Assembly: GCA_023515725.1 (NCBI GenBank)
Contig: JALDTO010000296.1
Coordinates: 1-8,094, forward strand
Direction: 5' to 3'
DNA: 8,094 nucleotides
Source of the DNA: Amoeboaphelidium protococcarum X5
Lineage: Eukaryota; Fungi; Aphelidiomycota
The notes beneath the pieces were generated by a model. It made no database searches. It was not told the DNA's origin and saw only the letters and a list, made by a program, of their open reading frames with translations. Of the stretch, positions 1-7,296 are shown in pieces; within the stretch, counting starts at the first letter, position 1, and every line of letters begins with the position of its first letter. The position numbers and the translations under genes were made by a program.

Positions 1-170
1 CTTCGTCGTTCTCGGGAGAGACGCGACGAGAGCTTGGCAGCAGACACCGAGAGGGAGTTGAACCCAGCCGCTCTTTGTGGCTCTATAGTTCTAAAGTTGC
101 AAAACAAAAAATGTTTACGAATTAACTTTTGGTTGAGCTACTTAAGCCGTACAAGTCCGCTTACATACAA
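1..170 (+). ncRNA. Possible 3' portion of a structured RNA (RNase P RNA-like, tentative)
   Basis: GC-rich start with two GNRA-capped stems (loops 14-17 and 49-52), further stems at 93-129 and 131-148, and motifs loosely matching RNase P conserved regions in the right order. The 5' half would lie outside the window. Confidence 0.25.
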
Positions 171-246
171 AATATTACATCTCCTTTTAACATCACTCAC
201 TTATTCGAATTTAATTCAACACATTTGTAAAACCATCACATCTTCA

Positions 247-1773
247 TCAAAAGTTCTCCTTATGGAACTTAAACAGCGTTCCATTAGAAATGTCCGGCAT
301 CTTCTGCTTAGGATCAGACGGCGGCAGGGTGGACTTAGGACGCTTGACAGAATTCTTTTTACATGCCACAGCCAATTCCTTAGCAATAGCGTTAGGACCA
401 CACAAGAATACGCCCACATCTTCACCGGCGTGCTATTGAGCCTTCTCCTTGAAAATTCTGTTCCAATTTGGCTTACCAGAGAACTGATTGTATCTCTCAT
501 GCTTGATCTTCTTCAAGTCCAGCTCACCAGTTACGTACATGTTAATTTCCAAATGGTTCTGCATTTCGCTCATTGTGCACAGATCATCGAACAGATCCTT
601 GAATGAGTTGAACTCTTGCAGATCGCGACAGATCCAGTAAAAGTACAACTTCTTGGACACTTGCTGCAAACCAATCTTGGCCTTCATACGGATACTAATA
701 GACTTAAGTATACTAATAAAAGGCGTAACTCCTATGCCCGCACCTACTAATACAACGGTATCATAATCAAAGACTTCTTCACTCGCAGAACCGTAAGGTC
801 CATCAACACGAAGCATTGGCGCCTGCAAATCCAAAGCGTTCTCTTCAGTAATAGTCACATTGCGAGCTGGTATGTCCTTACCACTCGTTCCTGTGGAATC
901 TGCGAATCCAAGACGCTGTCTCAGGCGGTAAGTCCAATCCATATCAGATCTGCATCTGATGTGGCAACTAAAATCGGAGTCTTCGGGAGCACTCGTGATC
1001 GTGAATGGATGATACTCAGATGGCGAAATATCAGGACAGTTGAGAAACAGATACTAACCGGCCTTATAGTGAAACTTCTTGGTCTTCTTGCTAGCCAGAG
1101 CCATCTTAAGAGATAGCACATCCTTACCGACCATTTTAGCCTCCACAATCTTTACATCCAATCTGGTGTGACGATACTGAATGTACTTCTCCAGACACAT
1201 GAAAGCCAGCGGAAACATTGAGTATGAAAAGAATAGACTGCCATGAATCCACAGCAGAGCATAGCAAGGAATCCACAAGTTGTGCAGCTTCAAAAATATC
1301 TTATAAGCATCAAATCTTCTACCAAAAACGGTAAAAATCTTTCTCTTAATAAGCGCAGTTGCATACATGATAAAGAACATACCGGTAATAAACTATCCAG
1401 TAATACCAGGCCTCGTAGCCAAAGCATTAACATACACCGGCACAGCAATTGTGGTGCGATAATATTCAAAGTCCAAGTAGTGACACGTGATATGTCCAAT
1501 AGCACAGAATGCGATAACATAGGCACTTCTGCGATGAATCTCCAGGTTCTCATCCAGCGGCAACACTTCATTCAGTGGAGTGGTGCGTAGAAAGGATAGC
1601 AAATTACGCATAACCGGAATCAAGATGAAGGATAGATTAAAATCGAGCATCTTACCGAATCCCTTAGCGAATACAAAATATGGTGCAGAATCAACACCGA
1701 CACTAATAAAGTATCCGTACAGGAACATCACAAGATTACACAGCGTATACAAAGTATTAAACCAGATGGACAC
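247..1773 (-). other. NADPH oxidase catalytic core (6 TM di-haem domain + FAD- and NADPH-binding dehydrogenase domain)
   Basis: B-loop RNLLSFLRTTPL. Haem His pairs HRRSAYVIAFCAIGH (14 apart) and HNLWIPCYALLWIHG (13 apart), matching NOX2 H101/H115 and H209/H222. Also AGQYLFLNCP, FAD motif HPFTITSAP, HIR..DWT, VDGPYG, LVGAGIGVTPF, YFYWICR, VGVFLCGP, FHKENF. Confidence 0.95.
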
Positions 1774-3735
1774 CTAATTCCACTCATAGTAATCAACCAT
1801 ACGTCCAATCAGTGGATATCGCTCAGACATGGGCGCCTTTACAGTATTAAGTGCGTGTGCAGAACCAGCCACATTCTCATCATCATCAAACTCGGCCGTG
1901 ATGATAGCTTTATTCGTACCATAGACACGATTAAGCAGTTTAGCCTCTGGATGCTTCTTGGCATAACGGAAGCCTAGTAGGCCGATGAAAGCGAAAGCAG
2001 CAACACCAACCACAGCAACTCCAATACCAGCTCCCACAGTGACGGCATCCTCCGTCACAATGATCAGACCCTTCTACTCCCGATTGGTGAAAGCATTATT
2101 ACGAGTGCTCATTATATAAAACTTGCCAGTATTATCCACTCTCACCAATCCAACATCATAATACGCAGGCGCTGCATTCAACACTTTACAATTGTTCTCA
2201 GCATTCTGGTCATTGGTGTTGATATCACAGCCAGTCTAGTTCAGGAAGGCCATACTGATGATAGCATTAACATCATTGGTGAAATGAGTAGGTGCCTACT
2301 GGTTAACAGGATTCAAGTTCAAAGGATAATTCTTGGCCCAGTTGGACATCAGCACCAGATTATTACGATCAGTACCATCTTTACCATTACCAGCATTACC
2401 TGCCTGGTTGGCATCAGATCCGACAAACTGAACGTGCAAATAATCACCACGAGATACATTTACCACCGTTGGGATGAAATCATACTCGACACTTGGATAA
2501 GTTTACTGGATGTTTCCTCTGCGACCGCGAACATTCAAATTGACAATTCTACAGTTAGGAGAGCGGAGTCCACAGCTCAGATTATTCGGTCTCTTCCTAA
2601 TAATAAACTTGTGACTTCTATCTTCAAAGGTGCGGCCAAACTGAGCGGTATTAATGGCCAATCTCAACGGACCGGAGACATTAGTACCATATCCGAGGAA
2701 ATCTGCAGTAGGATTAGTCTTGATGGGGGATGCGCCTGAATTAGATTTGGAATCCGTATTCCATCCGTCATAGTCGGCAGTACTGATGTTGTAGCGGATA
2801 CGAATCACACAGCTAGCACCATCCTTATGGACACCCTGAGGAACAACCCAGTTGAAGGTTGGCGGCTAAGATCCATAAGCATTACCATTATTGTTATTTC
2901 TGGTGACGGGACAAGCTGAACACAGAGGAGGTGGCTGGTTCCATGGCTCAACCTGAGTCCAAGTGCCTTTGTTGTAAGTGCAATCATACTGATTGTTGTA
3001 CTCTGGCATGGAACAGTTACCTTTACTCATCACATTCTGACTCTCGCTCTGATAGTACGGACACATGGATGGCGTGTTGGTACAAACAAACACATCTCTC
3101 CACGGAGATGGATGCCAGTAAGGATAATAGTCCCTCTCCTCAGGACACTCATAGCCATATCTCTCGCCATTACTACCTTGGCGTGTATATATAGCAGATT
3201 AGCCTTGCAGGTTCTAATCAGCCGTGAACAATCTCGTATTTCTCTGACGCAATGTGCACAGATTGTAATACTTGAAAGATTCGTGCTGACCAAAAGAGAG
3301 CAGATTAGGATTATTCTGGTCCAGTGGAATAGTCTATGTGGTGGTACCGTCTCGAATGTTATCAGACATTTCATTGTCATCGCACATGTACTAAATAATG
3401 ATCTGAGAGTTTAGCTTGGCATCTTATAAGCCGTGTTAATTGTACCATTCGATGGGAATCTCGGAGCCTTCATAAAACTGCATCACACCCTGTCCAGCAC
3501 CTTCATACCCAGGCTGGTACTGATTATTATCATCCAGACAATTGGGGATACACTTGTCACCCACCTGATAGCCAGCATTTCCATTGTTCTACGAATCGAA
3601 CAGGCGGTTATCATTGTTGACATTATTGCTCTGCTCATTCAACTTATTGTTTGAACCACGAGGATTGTTCATGTAACAATCGCCGCCAACTTTGCTGACC
3701 AACAGCAACAGGGACAGAGAAAGAAGAAGTTTCAT
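247..3735 (-). CDS. DD3-3-like ectodomain / NADPH oxidase (gp91phox/NoxA-type) fusion protein, ~1162 aa
   Basis: Six supplied minus-strand ORFs (2866-3093, 2503-2808, 1774-2058, 1393-1773, 1054-1380, 433-942) share one frame. I translated the gaps and found only TAA/TAG (12 TAG, 4 TAA) and no TGA. The start is ATG 3735 (MKLLLSLSLLLLVSKVGG, signal peptide), with an in-frame alternative ATG at 3744 and an upstream TGA at 3757-3759. It ends FKFHKENF-TGA (247-249), the canonical NOX C-terminus, followed by a second TGA at 244-246. Confidence 0.93.
1969..2037 (-). other. Extra transmembrane helix between the ectodomain and the NOX core
   Basis: Uncharged VGAGIGVAVVGVAAFAFIGLLGF followed by RYAKK (positive-inside rule), implying N-out/C-in orientation. 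Confidence 0.85.
2056..3681 (-). other. DD3-3-like extracellular domain (~540 aa) of the fusion protein
   Basis: Motifs I recognise from the Dictyostelium DD3-3 family, in order: YMNNPRGSNNKLNE, NRLFDSQNN, IEWYNQHG, QYMC, IRDGT, LFTADQNL, GYECPEERDYYPYWHPSPW, CVIRIRYNIST, LAINTAQFGRTFEDRSH, NLNVRGRRGNIQQTYPSVEYDFIP, MSTRNNAFTNREQKG. Confidence 0.85.
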
Positions 3736-3888
3736 ATTTAACATCCTTATCACCGATCAATAGCCTTATCTTTAGTATACTCAAGAGTAAACTTTACAGA
3801 GGAGAGGACAATGACAGAGAGTAGCTGGGAGTGCAGGGAAGTGTTATCGCCGTCTATGGTTTGTTTGCTGTTTGATTGCTTTGTCGCT

Positions 3889-3920
3889 CGTCCGTTCGTC
3901 CGTCCGTTCGTTCGCCCGTC
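3889..3920. repeat. Imperfect tetranucleotide repeat (CGYY)x8 in the divergent intergenic region
   Basis: cgtc cgtt cgtc cgtc cgtt cgtt cgcc cgtc, read directly. Confidence 0.8.
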
Positions 3921-4204
3921 AACTTCCGTGAACAATCTCCGTTTTGAAACAGAATCGATCAAACAGTGGAATAGAATTTAGATGACGAGTACGCTATTCG
4001 GTTCTTTTGTACCATTATAAGTTATGTGAAAAATTCATTTTAATTGTAGCTTTTTTCATGAGAGTCGTATTAAAGACCGCGGTCTGTTGGAATTCGGATC
4101 TAGTTCTTTTGACTCAAAGTCCGTTTCGAACTTCTTTTTGTAATCTTTAAAAGGTGCACAGTGGGAGAGGGAGAGCTAAACGTCATTATTTAGCAGAACG
4201 AGGA

Positions 4205-5224
4205 ATGTCTTCGTAGATACCGACGCGTAAAAGGCGCAAGATTGACATTCAGATTGAGGAAGAATAACATTCTGCTGTGGTATAATCCAACTCGAAATCT
4301 ATCGTCATCAAAGATTAAAAGATTACCAATACTCAAGTCAGTGATGTAATGCTAATTAAGAAGAGTCCTCAGAAAATAGTCAGAGCATTGAATGACTTTG
4401 TACCACCCAGCGAGAAACAATGGCGAAACTTGTACGTGAAACTGAGAGACTGGCGGTTTAATTATCCTACATCTCCGTACACTGATTATATTGATCCCGC
4501 TAAGGAATAGTATCCATCCTAGCCGCCTGTTGATACTGTTGGATGTTCATCGCTGAATTTAGATAATGTCCCGGCCAATGTTAGACGATATCAGATACTG
4601 GTTAGCCTCTTACTAAGCAGTCAGACGCGAGATGAGTTGACAGCGCAGGCTATAGGTAATCTGCATCAGTTGTGTAATAAATAGATTGGTCTCAACATTT
4701 CAGATCTGTTAGCAAGCTCTGAAGACCAAGTTCATGAGGCGATCAAGATGGTTGGATTTCATAACGTGAAAACTAAAAATCTCATTCGATTATCGTCTAT
4801 TTTGGCTTCTGATTATGATAATGATATACCAGCTACGGCCGAGGATATGATGAAACTACCAGGTATAGGCCCCAAGATGGCTTATCTAGCAATGTCCCAT
4901 GCATGGAACAATTGTGTGGGTATCGGTGTTGACACTCACGTCCACAGGATCTCGGCGCGTTTTAAATGGAGTCCATATAAGTCTAGCAGTAGCAACATCA
5001 ATGGCGGTGAACTTGTACCAAAATTTGATGATCCTGAAGTGACGCGAGCGTGCCTGGAATCGTTCGTGCCTCAAGAGTTCTGGACTGAAATAAACACCGT
5101 GCTGGTTGGACATGGTCAAGTAGTGTGTCTTCCCAAAGCATCTATGCGCAAGTGTGATATTTGTATACTGTCTTCTGAATGTCCTTCATCAAAGTTATTG
5201 AATTCTAAAAAGATTAAAAAGTGA
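4205..5224 (+). CDS. NTH1: Endonuclease III homolog (HhH-GPD DNA glycosylase/AP lyase), 339 aa
   Basis: ATG 4205 is in frame with the supplied ORF 4748-5224 across 7 TAA/TAG codons, ending in TGA. Motifs: NLS-like RKRRK, PVDTVGC, RYQILVSLLLSSQTRDE, VGFHNVK, HhH LPGIGPKMA with catalytic Lys, GVDTHVHRIS with catalytic Asp, LVGHGQ and a four-Cys Fe-S cluster motif. Confidence 0.95.
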
Positions 5225-5337
5225 TTTAAATGCGCGATTACACTATTTATTACTTAAAATGTATATGTATTAGATCTCGTTTCATATCTATATAACTTTC
5301 AATCGAATGGTTAAAGATAGATTACACCATCATAAGT

Positions 5338-6345
5338 TCAAACGTTGATCGACATTACATTGTCGGTGGTCGCAAACTTGTTAACCACGGGAACATCACG
5401 ATCATTTCCCGCATCTTCCACAGTAATAATAGAAGAACAGACACCTTCAGCAGCAATACTTTTATTTTGATGTCCTTGAGCGTATGGCTAGGTGGAAGGA
5501 ACAAATTTGGACCTGTTCTGAATGTTACTGATCGCCTTCTTCATCTAGACGATAATCATTATGAAAGAGAACACTATGCAACATCCAATAGTTTTTATCA
5601 CGTATTCCATCGCTACAGACGGCGCCAATGATGATAGGCCAACAGTGAGGCCACCCAATAGAGACAGCGACACGGTATATCTATTATGCCGCGCTATAAC
5701 GATGTACGTTGCTGAATTGGGTGACTCTACTGCTTTTTACAGTTTCTTCAGGTACACAATGATGCTTACCAGGTACGTGAAGTCCACCGAAAACAAAAGA
5801 ATTCCATTTATAGAGCTGCATGCAGTCAAGATATCACTAAGATATTATGGCAAAGATGGTAAAATGAACAGAGCGACCTGAAGCATGCAACTCAAGATGC
5901 CCAATACAAAGCTCAATTGCGCCAGAAACAACACAACGCATGCGACTACGCGATTCTCGACAAACGCCTGACTGCGAAGGGTGATGTAGACAATATAAGA
6001 CAAGTTGACGCCAAACATTGACACATATGACAGGCACCGTAGAGTGATGAGATCTGCAGATGTGGCGGTAGTAATATCTATCGGAGGATTATAATTTTAG
6101 GCATCCAAGTACCAGTCATAGAGGAGACCATTACTGATAACAGCCAGTAATAGCGACAGATGCATCAAGATAATCAGCTTGTCAAATACGGTGCGGAAAA
6201 TTGAACGCCATGACTTGGTTGTTGTCGTTGCCGTTGTAGATAGGCACTAATCAGTTTACTAGAGATGATGGACGCGACAGAATCTCGCGAAATGCACCAC
6301 TATAGCCAGCGAAAATATAGTAGCTACACAGATTGTCCAGTACAT
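5338..6345 (-). CDS. Uncharacterised multi-pass membrane protein, ~335 aa, about 7 TM helices (GPCR-like topology)
   Basis: Absent from the supplied track. With TAR=Gln, the frame is open from ATG 6345 (MYWTICVATIFSLAIVVHF) to TGA 5338-5340, with about 8 TAA/TAG. Seven hydrophobic segments are followed by a polar C-terminal tail. The nearest upstream in-frame TGA is 6415-6417, so the exact start is somewhat uncertain. Confidence 0.8.
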
Positions 6346-6650
6346 TTTGCCGACAATAGAATAGATGTCCGAATTTCTGTCAGGTAATAAGGTACACTTA
6401 ACAAAATAGACATCTCAAATTTCCGCAAATCCAGAAATAGATCTGTCGCCATATTCCTAAAAATAGATAAGCCAATGTAAATCAATGCTTTTGATTGACT
6501 TGAGCATTCCAATCAGCCTACTATCAACAGCCTAGTGCTTGGTTCTACAATGAATTTTAATTAGCTTCATCGAGTATATATTTTATATTGATTGAAGGTT
6601 GAAACAATGCGCGCGTCATCACTTTGACTGCGATCGCGTGTTGAGTAAGT

Positions 6651-6668
6651 GAGAGAGAGAGAGAGAGA
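6651..6668. repeat. (GA)9 microsatellite
   Basis: Nine perfect GA units, read directly. Confidence 0.95.
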
Positions 6669-6822
6669 TCGTTTGTGAGAAACTTTCCTCCAGCGCAGTC
6701 TAATAATTCCTTCAGACGATGTGCGCCTAAACTTTTCTCTTTACTGTACTCCTACATTGAGGCTTTGAGATTAAATTACAGCATAGATCTGACTGATTTA
6801 TCATTATAAAGACAATTAAAGA

Positions 6823-7065
6823 ATGCTTGCGAGGAAAGAACTTATTACTAAATTGGCTTAGAATATTGCAAAGATGCCTGAAGGTTATGCATACCGAAGC
6901 GTTATGGGCAAGTACGTGAAGCAGTAGGCGGAAACTGCCGCTTTATCTGACCTGTAGGATGAAGTGACGTTGAGTGAGATTATTCTGGAAAACAAATGCT
7001 TCTAATCTGATAGTTCCCAAGCGCCTCTCCCTGAACAATGGAAGTATTTTAAATCTGAATAATGA
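6823..7065 (+). CDS. NDUFA5: NADH:ubiquinone oxidoreductase accessory subunit NDUFA5 (B13/NUFM)-like, 80 aa
   Basis: MLARKELITKLAQNIAKMPEGYAYRSVMGKYVKQQAETAALSDLQDEVTLSEIILENKCFQSDSSQAPLPEQWKYFKSEQ-TGA, with 5 TAR read as Q. MPxxxAYR, the ExxL helix and C-terminal PxPxQWxYF resemble NDUFA5 (human IPKNAAYR...EHELNL...PPADQWKW). Confidence 0.7.
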
Positions 7066-7296
7066 ATTATAATTACTATTGTTATTATTTTATTATTTGA
7101 TTGACTTCTATATCATTTTACAAAGACTTTATCCTACTTTATGGGTTCTCAGTTTAAAGCCGCGCTATTTGTCCTTCTCTTTCATTCTGCTTTGACGAGT
7201 AAAGTAAATTCCTTTTACTCTTATTCTGGTGTCTTTACCCATCATCATCAAACTAAAATATTTTAAAACTTGTGGAAGTATATATAATTTAAGAAT

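Noticed and set aside
40-150. tRNA on the minus strand (GGGTTCAACTCCC resembles a T-loop)
   Set aside because: The T-stem has only 3 bp, and there is no matching acceptor stem, D-arm GG or anticodon arm.
34-3654. Plus-strand ORFs (34-606, 1243-1590, 1580-1777, 2284-2739, 2931-3194, 3112-3414, 3433-3654) and off-frame minus ORFs (216-500, 921-1148, 1290-1571, 2805-2987, 3030-3380)
   Set aside because: They are shadows of the NOX fusion gene with no recognisable motifs.
247-3735. Pseudogene, or several small genes, suggested by many in-frame stops
   Set aside because: All interruptions are TAA/TAG, many at conserved Gln sites. There are no frameshifts or internal TGA, and catalytic motifs are intact.
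3750-3962. 70-aa minus ORF with GRTNGRTNGR
   Set aside because: It is a by-product of the CGYY repeat in the intergenic region, has a non-ATG start and is out of frame with the NOX gene.
4886-6037. ORFs 4886-5119(-), 5561-5881(+) and 5837-6037(-)
   Set aside because: They overlap NTH1 or the 7-TM gene in other frames or strands and show no motifs.
6324-6512. 62-aa minus ORF as a first exon of the 7-TM gene through a 26-nt GT..AG intron, and several AATAGA copies nearby
   Set aside because: The junction would restore frame, but the donor (GTTAAG) is weak and this could arise by chance. The short AT-rich motif is irregularly spaced. RNA data would be needed.
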